From the NCBI GenBank assembly GCA_027488905.1, contig JAIYAT010000025.1, forward strand, positions 14,139 to 78,138: a stretch of 64,000 nucleotides of DNA, written 5' to 3'. Made by a program: the position numbers and the translations under genes. Of the stretch, positions 16,263-25,787 are shown piece after piece. This stretch comes from Bacteroidota bacterium (GTDB lineage Bacteria > Bacteroidota > Bacteroidia > UKL13-3). Within the stretch, counting starts at the first letter, position 1; the number at the start of each line of letters is the position of its first letter. The notes under the pieces are model-generated. The model ran no database searches and was not told the origin of the DNA. It saw nothing but the letters and a program-made list of their open reading frames with translations.

Positions 16263-18866
16263 ATGACTAAGGACCTGCTCAATAATTACAAATTTCGTGA
16301 CCTTAAAATTTTTGGTTCAACCGAATGGCTAGCCAATAACGAAAAAAAGTATAGACTTGTCTTTGATGAGTCTGAATGCTCGTTTATCTATTGTGAGCTT
16401 TCATTTTTTAACAAACTTTTTGATGAAAATGATTGGGAGGTTAACATCAACCTAAAATGTGTGAACGACGAAGATGGTTCTATCATTTGTAATTTAACCG
16501 CAAACAGATCCATCACAAAAGATGAGAATATCGTTTTTGTGCGGGAAGGCTGGGGTGTTAAAAACCCTGGGAACTACTGGAAAAAAGGCGTTTACCGTTG
16601 GGAAGCTTGGATTGATGGCGTGTTTGTGGCCGAAAGATTATTTTATATAATAGACCTTGGCGTGGTTTCAGATACCGTAAATCCTTTCTTTAATATTACT
16701 AAAATTAAATTATTTGAAGGCCCAGACACCATGCTAGATAAGCCTCAAAGGAAATATTATTCTGTGTTTGGTAGTGAAGAAACGCGCTACGTTTGGCTCG
16801 AATTAGAAATGGAAAACATCATTTCAGAGGTGCCTGTTTGGCCTTGCGAATTAAATTTCCTTTTTCATACACACACTGGCCAACTCAAAGGTTCTATAGA
16901 TAAATTATTGTTTGTTGAAACCCGAGAACAAAAATTTGAGTGTGCCATAGGTTGGGGCAATGAACTTAAAGGCACTTGGGGAATAGATTCTTATACCATT
17001 TCTGTAGTATTTATGGACCAAGTAATTGCTACCATTGCATTTGAAGTAGGTCCAGAATTTAAAGAACCTGTGGTGGTTGTGCCAAAAGCAAAACCTCGTG
17101 AGTTACCAACACCTACAGTTGCTGGCGAAGAAAGTATCGAAGAAGTGCTTAATGAATTAGATGCACTCATTGGATTATCTGCCATAAAAAAGAAAGTTAA
17201 AGAATATACTACCTACCTTAACTTTTTAAAGATTAGAAAAGAAAAAGGATTTGATGACAGTGAAAAAATCAACCTTCATGCGGTTTTCACTGGTAATCCA
17301 GGAACGGGTAAAACTACTGTAGCCAAAATGTTAGGCAAAATTTACCATCAAATGGGGTTATTGAGTAAAGGTCATGTAGTGGAAGTAGACCGTGGTGATT
17401 TAGTTGCAGAATATATTGGACAAACTGCCCCAAAAACCAAAGAGGTTATTAAAAAGGCTAAAGGTGGAATTCTCTTTATTGATGAAGCCTACGCACTTGC
17501 CAGAAAGAATGATGATTCGAAAGATTTTGGAAAAGAAGCCATCGAAATTTTACTCAAAGAAATGAGCGATGGGGGAGGCGATTTGGCTGTGATTGTGGCT
17601 GGATATCCAAGTGAAATGAACAGCTTTTTAGAATCTAATCCTGGCATGCGTTCTAGGTTTAGCATGTTCTATGAATTTGCAGATTATTTGCCGCAAGAAT
17701 TAATGCAAATTGCTGAGTTTACCATGGAAAAAAGAGGCGTTAAGCTCAGTGAGTCTGCTAATGATTACCTCTATAAAATGTTAGTAGATGCTTACCGTGG
17801 CAGAGACAATATGTTTGGAAACGCTAGGTATGTTAATACTGTTATAGATGAAAGCAAAATGAACATGGGCTTGCGCATTATGACTAACGTAAATCCTTCG
17901 GCGCTTAACAAAGATGAGTTGTCTACCATTAACAAGGAAGATATTCAAAGAATATTTGAAGGCAAGGAAAAAGGTTACGCAGATATTCCTGTGGATGAAG
18001 ACTTGCTCAAACAAGCCTTAAATACTTTGCATAACATGATTGGCCTAGATGCCGTAAAAACAGAGATTGATGAGTTGGTTAAATTGGTTAGATTCTATAG
18101 GGAAATTGGTAAAGATGTGCGCCAAAGTTTTTCTTTACATGCTGTTTTTACTGGTAATCCTGGAACCGGAAAAACCACAGTGGCCCGAATTCTCGCACAG
18201 ATTTATAAAGCATTAGGAATTTTAGAACGTGGTAACTTAGTAGAATGTGATCGCCAAGGATTAGTAGGTGCATATGTGGGTCAAACTGCCATTAAAACAG
18301 CAGAGGTTTTGGATAGGGCGCAAGGTGGTGTTTTGTTTATAGACGAAGCTTATGCCTTGAGTGAAGGCGGTGAAAACGATTTTGGTAAGGAAGCCATTGA
18401 AACCATTTTGAAAAGAATGGAAGATAAGCGTGGATCTTTTGTAGTAATTGTAGCGGGTTATACAGAAAACATGCGCAGATTCTTAGAAAGTAATCCTGGT
18501 TTACACTCTCGTTTTGATAGGGAACTTAAGTTCGAAGATTATGATGCAAAACAATTGTTCGACATCACCTTAAAAATGCTTCATTCTAATTCTGTAAAGC
18601 CTGATGAAGCTGCGGCGGCGCATTTAAGTAAGTACCTTGAGTTTATCCATCAGAACAGAAATCAATATTTTGGGAACGCCAGAAATGTGAGAAAAGTGAT
18701 TGAGGAAACCATTAAAAATCAACACCTCAGGTTGGCAAAACTGCCTTCAGAACAACGTACCATTGAAATGATTAATACCATTTTATTTGAGGATGTGGAA
18801 GAATTTAAAATTGAAGACAAGCCAAATTCAGGTCCAAGAAGTATAGGCTTTAAACAATCGTCTTAA
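16263..18866 (+). CDS. AAA+ ATPase with two tandem CbxX/SpoVK-type modules and a duplicated N-terminal domain of unknown function
   Basis: 867 aa. Walker A GNPGTGKTT and Walker B (I/V)LFIDEAY each occur twice (around residues 345 and 625). Both modules show the CbxX-like context LHAVFTGNPGTGKTTVA...AGY...FLESNPG(M/L)(R/H)SRF. The first roughly 290 aa form two similar modules of about 130 aa. Confidence 0.85.
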   Translation: MTKDLLNNYKFRDLKIFGSTEWLANNEKKYRLVFDESECSFIYCELSFFNKLFDENDWEVNINLKCVNDEDGSIICNLTANRSITKDENIVFVREGWGVKNPGNYWKKGVYRWEAWIDGVFVAERLFYIIDLGVVSDTVNPFFNITKIKLFEGPDTMLDKPQRKYYSVFGSEETRYVWLELEMENIISEVPVWPCELNFLFHTHTGQLKGSIDKLLFVETREQKFECAIGWGNELKGTWGIDSYTISVVFMDQVIATIAFEVGPEFKEPVVVVPKAKPRELPTPTVAGEESIEEVLNELDALIGLSAIKKKVKEYTTYLNFLKIRKEKGFDDSEKINLHAVFTGNPGTGKTTVAKMLGKIYHQMGLLSKGHVVEVDRGDLVAEYIGQTAPKTKEVIKKAKGGILFIDEAYALARKNDDSKDFGKEAIEILLKEMSDGGGDLAVIVAGYPSEMNSFLESNPGMRSRFSMFYEFADYLPQELMQIAEFTMEKRGVKLSESANDYLYKMLVDAYRGRDNMFGNARYVNTVIDESKMNMGLRIMTNVNPSALNKDELSTINKEDIQRIFEGKEKGYADIPVDEDLLKQALNTLHNMIGLDAVKTEIDELVKLVRFYREIGKDVRQSFSLHAVFTGNPGTGKTTVARILAQIYKALGILERGNLVECDRQGLVGAYVGQTAIKTAEVLDRAQGGVLFIDEAYALSEGGENDFGKEAIETILKRMEDKRGSFVVIVAGYTENMRRFLESNPGLHSRFDRELKFEDYDAKQLFDITLKMLHSNSVKPDEAAAAHLSKYLEFIHQNRNQYFGNARNVRKVIEETIKNQHLRLAKLPSEQRTIEMINTILFEDVEEFKIEDKPNSGPRSIGFKQSS

Positions 18867-19942
18867 GCGTTAAATACGCAGGTTTCCACGGTAAGGCCTG
18901 GTCCAAAACCTGCAGCAAAAACTTTTTGCTGTGGGTTATAATCTGGCTGTTGTAATATTTTGTTGAGTACATGTAATAAAGTGGTACTGCTAAGGTTGCC
19001 CACTTCTTTTAGTACTTCATAAGAATGTCTCAAAGGGGTTTCGGTTTGAACCGAATTCGACTGAAGTATATTTGAAATGCCATCCACTATTTTTCTTCCA
19101 CCAGGGTGAATGGCCCAATGCTGAATATCCTTAAAATCACAAGAAAGATGTTGCAAGGCATCTTGAATGATAGTTCCAAGGCCTTCTTCAATCAACTGTG
19201 GAATATAAGCGCTTAGGGTCATTAAGAAGCCATCTTCATGAATATGCCAAGCCATGTCTGCTTTGCCTTTGTAAATTACTTTGGAATAAAAGTTGCTAAA
19301 TTTAAAATAAGCTTGTTCGGGAGGTTTAGTACTTATGATACATGCTGCTGCGCCATCTCCAAACAGGAGATTAGCAGCCATGATATCCGTGCTTTTTTGT
19401 TGATTGAAATGCAAGGTGCAAAGCTCCACCGATACCACCAAAACCCTTGAATCTTCGCTTGAGTTGCAAATGGCGTCTGCCATTTTAAAGGCATGGAACA
19501 AAGCATAACAACCCATAAAATTTACAGATGTTCGAGGCGTGTTGGGAGATAGGTTCAATGCTTGCAATAGCATTAAATCTAATCCAGGAGCTGCCATTCC
19601 GGTGCAAGAAACTGTAATTAAATGGGTAATTTGTTGTTCTTGAATTGCCCTTTTAGAAGCGGCGGCTGCAAGGTTTGGCGCATGTTCAAAATAGGTAGCC
19701 ATTCTTTTAGAAATAGGAACCTCTTTACCCAACTCAAAAAATCCTTCATCGGCATTTTGGTTCAAGCCAAAATCTTTTAACACACTATACCGGTGCTGTA
19801 TACCGCTTCGCCCATACATTAAACTAAGTTTTTGTGCCTCTTTTGGTTCAAACCGATAACAACTGAGCATGTAAGAAAGCAATTGCTCTTGCGAGTATTT
19901 ATTTTCTGGAAAGGCAATGCCAATATTAGAAAGGTAGCTCAT
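18863..19942 (-). CDS. type III polyketide synthase (chalcone/stilbene synthase superfamily)
   Basis: 359 aa with a Cys-His-Asn triad context: VSCTGMAAPGLD, WAIHPGGRKIVD, EVGNLSSTTLLHVL. Confidence 0.88.
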   Translation of the reverse strand: MSYLSNIGIAFPENKYSQEQLLSYMLSCYRFEPKEAQKLSLMYGRSGIQHRYSVLKDFGLNQNADEGFFELGKEVPISKRMATYFEHAPNLAAAASKRAIQEQQITHLITVSCTGMAAPGLDLMLLQALNLSPNTPRTSVNFMGCYALFHAFKMADAICNSSEDSRVLVVSVELCTLHFNQQKSTDIMAANLLFGDGAAACIISTKPPEQAYFKFSNFYSKVIYKGKADMAWHIHEDGFLMTLSAYIPQLIEEGLGTIIQDALQHLSCDFKDIQHWAIHPGGRKIVDGISNILQSNSVQTETPLRHSYEVLKEVGNLSSTTLLHVLNKILQQPDYNPQQKVFAAGFGPGLTVETCVFNA

Positions 19943-20819
19943 GGGTGTGTTTGATGAAGTATACTAAGATAAAATACAACACCATTGCAATAGAAGAAGT
20001 TTTGTTTAACATCATGGTATACCTAAAATTTGCTTGGTTTGGGTCGTCCCAAACCTTATAAGCCCACCATAAGAAAAAGGCAACTATAGGAAAGTTAAAC
20101 AAAAGAAAAATATAAAAAAGATGTGATTGTTGAAGTTGAAAGAAATGGTATCCTAACAGCGCTGTAGCTATGCCAAATGCGTTCCCACAGAACATAAAAG
20201 TACCTTTAATTCCTAATGACATACTCAAGGTGTTTACCCCACTTTTTGCATCGGCTTTATGTTGATAAATTTGAGTCATTGGATAAACACCTGCAATTAA
20301 AATTGAACTTATGATTGCAGGAATTTTGTAATTGACTTGGGCTAAAGCCAAATCATAAGAACATACTTGTCCAAATAAAAACACTAAACTATAAATAAAT
20401 GCCCCTTGAAAAAACATCACAGTTAAGAAGCTAAGGATAGCATATTGCTTAAGCCTAACAGCTTTCCAGCTATATAATGTTGACGCAAGAACATAAGCTG
20501 CCAATAAAATGAAAGCTAAACGGCCAATCATAACATAAACAATTACAAACCCGATTGCATTGAATAAAATAGATAACCATAAAACAAGAATGCCCGCTTT
20601 GGGTGGGTTTTTAAGTCCACCTATGCTGCCTTCATCTTGGTCCATATAACTGTTGTATGCATTAGAAGCAGGATATATAAACAAATGTAAGGCAATAAAT
20701 AAGGCAGTCATTTTAATGAAGTCTGGACTGTCGCACATTGCAAATGCAAAAAAGAAAACAGGCGACAAGAAGAAGGAAAATGGTATTCTTAGAAGAATAA
20801 GAGCCTGAGCCAAGTTCAT
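19926..20819 (-). CDS. UbiA-family aromatic prenyltransferase (membrane)
   Basis: 297 aa with about 8-9 TM. Asp-rich motif NSYMDQDEG and a second motif HKADAKSGVNTL. Its 3' end overlaps the PKS start by 17 nt. Confidence 0.8.
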   Translation of the reverse strand: MNLAQALILLRIPFSFFLSPVFFFAFAMCDSPDFIKMTALFIALHLFIYPASNAYNSYMDQDEGSIGGLKNPPKAGILVLWLSILFNAIGFVIVYVMIGRLAFILLAAYVLASTLYSWKAVRLKQYAILSFLTVMFFQGAFIYSLVFLFGQVCSYDLALAQVNYKIPAIISSILIAGVYPMTQIYQHKADAKSGVNTLSMSLGIKGTFMFCGNAFGIATALLGYHFFQLQQSHLFYIFLLFNFPIVAFFLWWAYKVWDDPNQANFRYTMMLNKTSSIAMVLYFILVYFIKHTHELPF

Positions 20820-20936
20820 TTGCTTAATTATTTCTTTAAAAAATCTAAAGTAAGTCTTAAAACTACCAGTAAAGGGGAAAAGGATATTACTTTATTGATG
20901 GTAAAAGTAATAATTTCGTGAGGTAATCACAAATCT

Positions 20937-21650
20937 ATGCAAGAATCTTTACCACATATTTTAGTTGTTGAAGACGATATTACTTTAGCAACACTATTAA
21001 AAGAGAATTTGAAATTGAATGCTTTCACTACTCGTTTATGTAAGGACGGAGAAGAAGCATGGCAGGTTTTTCAAAAAGAACGCTTTGATTTATGTTTATT
21101 AGACGTAAACATGCCAAAGAAAAATGGTTTTGAACTTGCAAAATTAATTAGAGAACAGGACGCTTTTACGCCCTTGGTATTTTTAACTGCCAACAGCAGC
21201 GAGGAAGATAAATTAAAGGGTTTTGGACTAGGAGCAGATGAATACATTACCAAGCCATTTAGCACGCAAGAGTTATTGGCAAGGCTTAGGGCAATTCTTA
21301 AGCGTTCGGCAGTAGTAAAACCAGAAATTATAGTGAAAGAAGAGGTTTATGAACTTGCAGGAATGAAAATAGACATTCCTAATCATTTAGTAGTTTACAG
21401 TCATGGGATGGAAAAGCGCATTAGCGCCACAGAAGCTGAGTTACTTAAGTTATTTGTCAAGAATAAAAATGTACTGCTTACCCGCAATAGTTTGTTGTTA
21501 AGCGTTTGGGGAAGAGATGATTTTTATACTGCGCGTAACCTAGATGTTTATATAAATAAGTTAAGAAAGCTGTTGAAAGATGAGCCAAATGTAGAAATAA
21601 TCAATGTACATGGTTCTGGGTTCAAGCTTATAGAAAACACTGCTGTTTAG
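20937..21650 (+). CDS. response regulator, OmpR/PhoB family (REC plus winged helix)
   Basis: 237 aa with ILVVEDD, LLDVNMPKKNGF and a C-terminal Trans_reg_C-like region (LTRNSLLLSVWG..., VYINKLRKLL). Confidence 0.92.
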   Translation: MQESLPHILVVEDDITLATLLKENLKLNAFTTRLCKDGEEAWQVFQKERFDLCLLDVNMPKKNGFELAKLIREQDAFTPLVFLTANSSEEDKLKGFGLGADEYITKPFSTQELLARLRAILKRSAVVKPEIIVKEEVYELAGMKIDIPNHLVVYSHGMEKRISATEAELLKLFVKNKNVLLTRNSLLLSVWGRDDFYTARNLDVYINKLRKLLKDEPNVEIINVHGSGFKLIENTAV

Positions 21651-23665
21651 TGTTTAAACTTAGAACATATTTTTGTAAATTATTGATTGTTGTTATTTGC
21701 CAATTTTCCGCAATAGAGGGAAAGGCTATAGCACAAGATTCTATTTCTATTAAGCTTCAACAGGCAACGTCATTGGTTTATGTTAATCCAACACTTGCCG
21801 AATCCCAATTGTTGGAGGTACTTGCTGCGAGCGAGGAACACAAAGAATTCATTACTTGGTGTGAAGCCGCTAAGCAATTGGCAATTCTCCAGATTAATTC
21901 AGGAAGATTTGCCCAAGCTGCTAGCGATCTGCAAAAGGCAGTGCAGATTTCTGAGCAATGGAATCTACAACTTTACCATGCCCACTTTAAATATTTATTG
22001 GGGAATTCTTATCATGCGCAAGGAAGATTTTCTTTGGCGGTTGAGAATTATTTAGCAGCGTTAAGGTATTTTGAATCGGCTAAGGTTGAAACAGGTTTGT
22101 TAAATACCTATACCTCTTTGGCAGATGTTTATAGCAGACAAAATAATTTTAGCAAGGCCATAGAGTTTAACCTAAAAGCCATAAAGTTATTTGAGCAAAG
22201 AAAAGATAGGTTTAGGTTATTGAGCTCTTATGAACAAGTTGGTCTTTGGTATGCTCGGCAAGGTCAAGTAAAGAAGGCTGAAGATGCTTACAAAAAGGCT
22301 TTGAACCTGTATAAAGAATTAGGAAATAAGGCAGGTATAGCCGCCACCTACATTAATATGGGAGATTTAAGTTTTGAACTTAAGTCTTACACATTAGCAG
22401 TGGAGCAATATTCCTTTGCAAACAACATATCAAATGGGTTAAAAATTACACCTTTACAAACCCGTAGTTTACTTGGCTTGGCTAAGTCACATGCTAGGTT
22501 AAAAGACTACGAACTAGCTGCAACTGAGTATAGAAAAGTAACTAACCTAGCCAAAGAAACTGGCATGAAAATAGAGTTGGAAGAGGCTTATGAAGGATTG
22601 GCAGATTTATACCGTTCACTAAACGATAAACAAACCTCAAAAGCATATCAAAGTTTAAGCAACGAAATTAAAGACTCTTTGTTCAATGATTCAATTCTGA
22701 GAAGAACGTCTGATTTGCAATTGCATTATGAAGCAGAAAAAAAGCAAGCAGAAATAGAAATTTTCAAGAAGGAAGATGAAATAAAAGCCATGCAATTGAG
22801 GCAAACCAATCAGGTGAAGAATTTCTTTATTGCTTTGTCTGTATTGTTAGTGCTGCTCATCTTTTTGTTTGTTTATTTCATTTCTGAGAATCGAAAAATA
22901 AACAAACAACTTAAGCGAGGTTTAACCGAATTGGAGATTAAGAATCAAGAAATATCCATTCAAAAAGAACAATTAAGTCAGCTTAATCAAGTGAAAGATC
23001 GCTTTTTCTCCATTATCTCGCACGATTTAAGAAACAATCTTACCACCATGAAATTGTACTTTGATTTGGTGAGCAATCCTTCTTATGAGGCCAGTTCGCA
23101 ACAGGAGTTTGGTAAGGAAGTAGCGGCATCGGTTCAAAACACCATCGATTTACTCGAGAACTTACTCGTTTGGGCCAGTGGGCAAATAAAGGGGGTTCGG
23201 GTTGAACCAAAGAAAGTTAACCTGTATGCTTTGGCTGAAGAAAATATTGGCATGCTGAGAACCATGGCCATTCAAAAAAATATTTCTTTACACAACGAAA
23301 CTGAGCAAGATGCATTTTTGTATGCCGATGCAAATATGGTGAACCTAGTTTTAAGAAATTTGCTATCTAATGCCTTAAAGTTTACTAAAGAAGGTGGAGA
23401 AGTAAGTATTCTGTCTGAAGAGTTTGATACTTACCATCAAATATCAGTAATTGATAATGGTGTTGGAATTGATGTTCAAAAGTTAGAATCGCTTTTTACC
23501 GCACACATGAATGTGAGTACCCAAGGCACTGCAAATGAAAAGGGAACTGGTTTGGGGTTGATGCTTTGTAAAGACTTTACAGAGAAAAATGGCGGCAAGA
23601 TTTGGGTAGAAAGTGAGGCAGGTAAAGGCTCTAGTTTTATGTTAACCTTTCCTAAATTTCAATAG
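21650..23665 (+). CDS. TPR-repeat sensor histidine kinase (HisKA plus HATPase_c)
   Basis: 671 aa. Signal peptide, multiple TPR units, a coiled coil, one TM (FFIALSVLLVLLIFLFVYFI), H-box FFSIISHDLRNNL and G-boxes DNGVGI / GTGLGL. GTG start overlaps the regulator stop. Confidence 0.9.
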   Translation: MFKLRTYFCKLLIVVICQFSAIEGKAIAQDSISIKLQQATSLVYVNPTLAESQLLEVLAASEEHKEFITWCEAAKQLAILQINSGRFAQAASDLQKAVQISEQWNLQLYHAHFKYLLGNSYHAQGRFSLAVENYLAALRYFESAKVETGLLNTYTSLADVYSRQNNFSKAIEFNLKAIKLFEQRKDRFRLLSSYEQVGLWYARQGQVKKAEDAYKKALNLYKELGNKAGIAATYINMGDLSFELKSYTLAVEQYSFANNISNGLKITPLQTRSLLGLAKSHARLKDYELAATEYRKVTNLAKETGMKIELEEAYEGLADLYRSLNDKQTSKAYQSLSNEIKDSLFNDSILRRTSDLQLHYEAEKKQAEIEIFKKEDEIKAMQLRQTNQVKNFFIALSVLLVLLIFLFVYFISENRKINKQLKRGLTELEIKNQEISIQKEQLSQLNQVKDRFFSIISHDLRNNLTTMKLYFDLVSNPSYEASSQQEFGKEVAASVQNTIDLLENLLVWASGQIKGVRVEPKKVNLYALAEENIGMLRTMAIQKNISLHNETEQDAFLYADANMVNLVLRNLLSNALKFTKEGGEVSILSEEFDTYHQISVIDNGVGIDVQKLESLFTAHMNVSTQGTANEKGTGLGLMLCKDFTEKNGGKIWVESEAGKGSSFMLTFPKFQ

Positions 23666-23684
23666 TTTTATGCATCTTTGTGGA

Positions 23685-24080
23685 ATGAAAAAATTAGGAT
23701 TAGTTTTTGGATTAGCGATTGCACTAACCGCATGTTCAGACCCTCGTCAAAAATTAGTAGATGCATTAGACCAAGAAGTAATGGCTGTGCACGACGAAGT
23801 AATGCCAAAAATGGGTAAAGTCTTAGAATACAAAAAGGAAATCAATCAGAAAATTGAAGCTTGTAAAACGCAAGCATGCAAAGACAGCCTCCAAAAGATT
23901 TCTTATTTGTTAACCCGTGCAGATGAAGATATGATGCAATGGATGCGTGCCTTTGAAAGGCCTGTTGGATTAGATTCTGCAGAAGCTTATTATCGATCGC
24001 AAAAGGATGCCGTTATCAATGTAAGAGCCGAAGTAGAAGAAGGAATTAATGCAGCCGAAAAAGTTTTAGGTGCTAAGTAA
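23685..24080 (+). CDS. small lipoprotein of unknown function
   Basis: MKKLGLVFGLAIALTAC lipobox when started at 23685. Helical, about 130 aa. Confidence 0.6.
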   Translation: MKKLGLVFGLAIALTACSDPRQKLVDALDQEVMAVHDEVMPKMGKVLEYKKEINQKIEACKTQACKDSLQKISYLLTRADEDMMQWMRAFERPVGLDSAEAYYRSQKDAVINVRAEVEEGINAAEKVLGAK

Positions 24081-24726
24081 TTAGCTTGTTTTTATTTGCC
24101 TTATTGAGCGCTTCTGTCCTTGAGTTTACTTGCATTTTGCGGTAGATGTTCTCTACATGTTTTCTCACGGTGCCATAGCTAATGAATAGGTTGTCGGCAA
24201 TTTGTTCATAGCTTAAGCCTTTAGCCAAATGCTTTAAAACTTCTTTCTCTCTTTCTGTAAGTTCAAAGTTTTCAGGACTGAACACCAGTTCCTGATGAAC
24301 AGGATTCATTTTTAATAATTGCAGCGTTCTTGCCGCAATACCCGCACTCATTGGAGCTCCACCCTCTAGTATTTCATAAATTGCCCTATGAATTTTTCCT
24401 GGAGATTCGTCTTTCATTAAATAGCCTCCAGCTCCTGCCAATATGGCTTTCATTAAATGTTGATCGTCGTCAAAAATGGTGCTAATTACAATTTTAATAT
24501 GTGGCCATCGAACACTAATTTTCTCAGTAGCTTCAATCCCATTCATGATGGGCATTTCTATATCCATTAGCAATACTTCCAATACAGCGTCCTTATGTAA
24601 GAATTCAATAGCTTCCTTTCCGTTGGTAGCCATAAATTTCACCTCGAAATCAGGGGAGAGCTCAAGCTTGTTCTTGAGCGCTAATGCAAGTCGCCCTTGA
24701 TCTTCAATTATGCCAATTCGTATCAT
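24073..24726 (-). CDS. response regulator, LuxR/NarL family
   Basis: 217 aa. REC (IGIIEDQ..., LMDIEMP) plus LuxR HTH (LTEREKEVLKHLAKGLSYEQIADNLFIS). Confidence 0.92.
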   Translation of the reverse strand: MIRIGIIEDQGRLALALKNKLELSPDFEVKFMATNGKEAIEFLHKDAVLEVLLMDIEMPIMNGIEATEKISVRWPHIKIVISTIFDDDQHLMKAILAGAGGYLMKDESPGKIHRAIYEILEGGAPMSAGIAARTLQLLKMNPVHQELVFSPENFELTEREKEVLKHLAKGLSYEQIADNLFISYGTVRKHVENIYRKMQVNSRTEALNKANKNKLIT

Positions 24727-24850
24727 ATCAGTTTATGTTACAAAGCTACAACACCTTGAAGATAAAAAAATACGCATTGTTGCGTATAGGTAAAACCTAT
24801 AATCTCAGGCAGTTTTGTAGTGTAATTAAAATAATATAAATAATAAAATT

Positions 24851-25783
24851 ATGAAAAAAATTATCCTCACAGCCTTATTAGGGCTTGCTCTTACCTCGGT
24901 TCAAGCTCAAAACATCAATTACAAAATAACGCAAAACGACCCAGAGAAGTATCACCCTCGGTTAAGCATTAACACCGTTATTGGAGGAATAGATGTTTCA
25001 ATAAAAAACATCGAAGCAATGAATTTTTATGTTGCAGGTTTTGGGCATTATATGCTGCAAGACAGAATTGGAATTCAATTTTATGGCCAAACATCAATTC
25101 TAGCGCTAGGTAAAATAGGCAATAAAAGTATGATTTCACCAAAAGAATTTAGTGCTGGTGCGATGTTGTTTTTAGGTAAAAGAATCAAAACAAAGAAAAT
25201 TAAGGTAGACCTAAAAAGTGAAAACAAAAGGGTAAACAATAGAGATGTAGTTGCTACCACTTACCTTATGGTGCCAGGTAATGTTGTCAAATACAATGGG
25301 GTGCGAGGTGGATTATTTTCTAGGGCTACTGGCTTTAATCTAGAAAATGGAGCATTATTTGAAACTGCCAGCGTTGAAGCTGCATCTATGGTAAATACAG
25401 GCTTGTATGCTGGTTTAATAAGCCGTCGTTTATCTAACTTAGTTGTAGAAGCAAATGGTTACGGCAAACGTTTTCACTCCTTAGGATTTGACTTTTATGC
25501 TGATGCAATTGTTCAATTTTCAAACAAGTTTACATTAAGAGAACAACCTTCAGCTGTTTTTCAGTCGGGATTAACAGATGGTCAAGACATAACAAAAGAA
25601 GTGAAAAGTGCCTTTGGAAGTAACGTTATGGGTTTTAGAATAGGTATCAATGGGTTTCAAATTGCCCCTAAAGATGTTACTGGCAAGAAGTTTGGCATGT
25701 GTTATAATTTTGAAGCTGGAATTGCACCTTATGTTGGTTATTATCTTAAAGGAGGCGTGGGTATAACTTTATTTAAAAAATAA
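24851..25783 (+). CDS. secreted protein of unknown function (possible outer-membrane beta-rich protein)
   Basis: 310 aa with signal peptide MKKIILTALLGLALTSVQAQ and alternating beta-like segments. Confidence 0.6.
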   Translation: MKKIILTALLGLALTSVQAQNINYKITQNDPEKYHPRLSINTVIGGIDVSIKNIEAMNFYVAGFGHYMLQDRIGIQFYGQTSILALGKIGNKSMISPKEFSAGAMLFLGKRIKTKKIKVDLKSENKRVNNRDVVATTYLMVPGNVVKYNGVRGGLFSRATGFNLENGALFETASVEAASMVNTGLYAGLISRRLSNLVVEANGYGKRFHSLGFDFYADAIVQFSNKFTLREQPSAVFQSGLTDGQDITKEVKSAFGSNVMGFRIGINGFQIAPKDVTGKKFGMCYNFEAGIAPYVGYYLKGGVGITLFKK

Positions 25784-25787
25784 TTCC

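Noticed and set aside
19040-19055. Interpreting the over-represented word as a symmetric operator (TTCGGTT-TG-AACCGAA)
   Set aside because: Only the copy at 19040..19055 is a perfect 7+2+7 palindrome. Across all copies the left flank prefers TC and the right flank prefers AAA, so the consensus is asymmetric. Most copies also lie deep inside coding regions.
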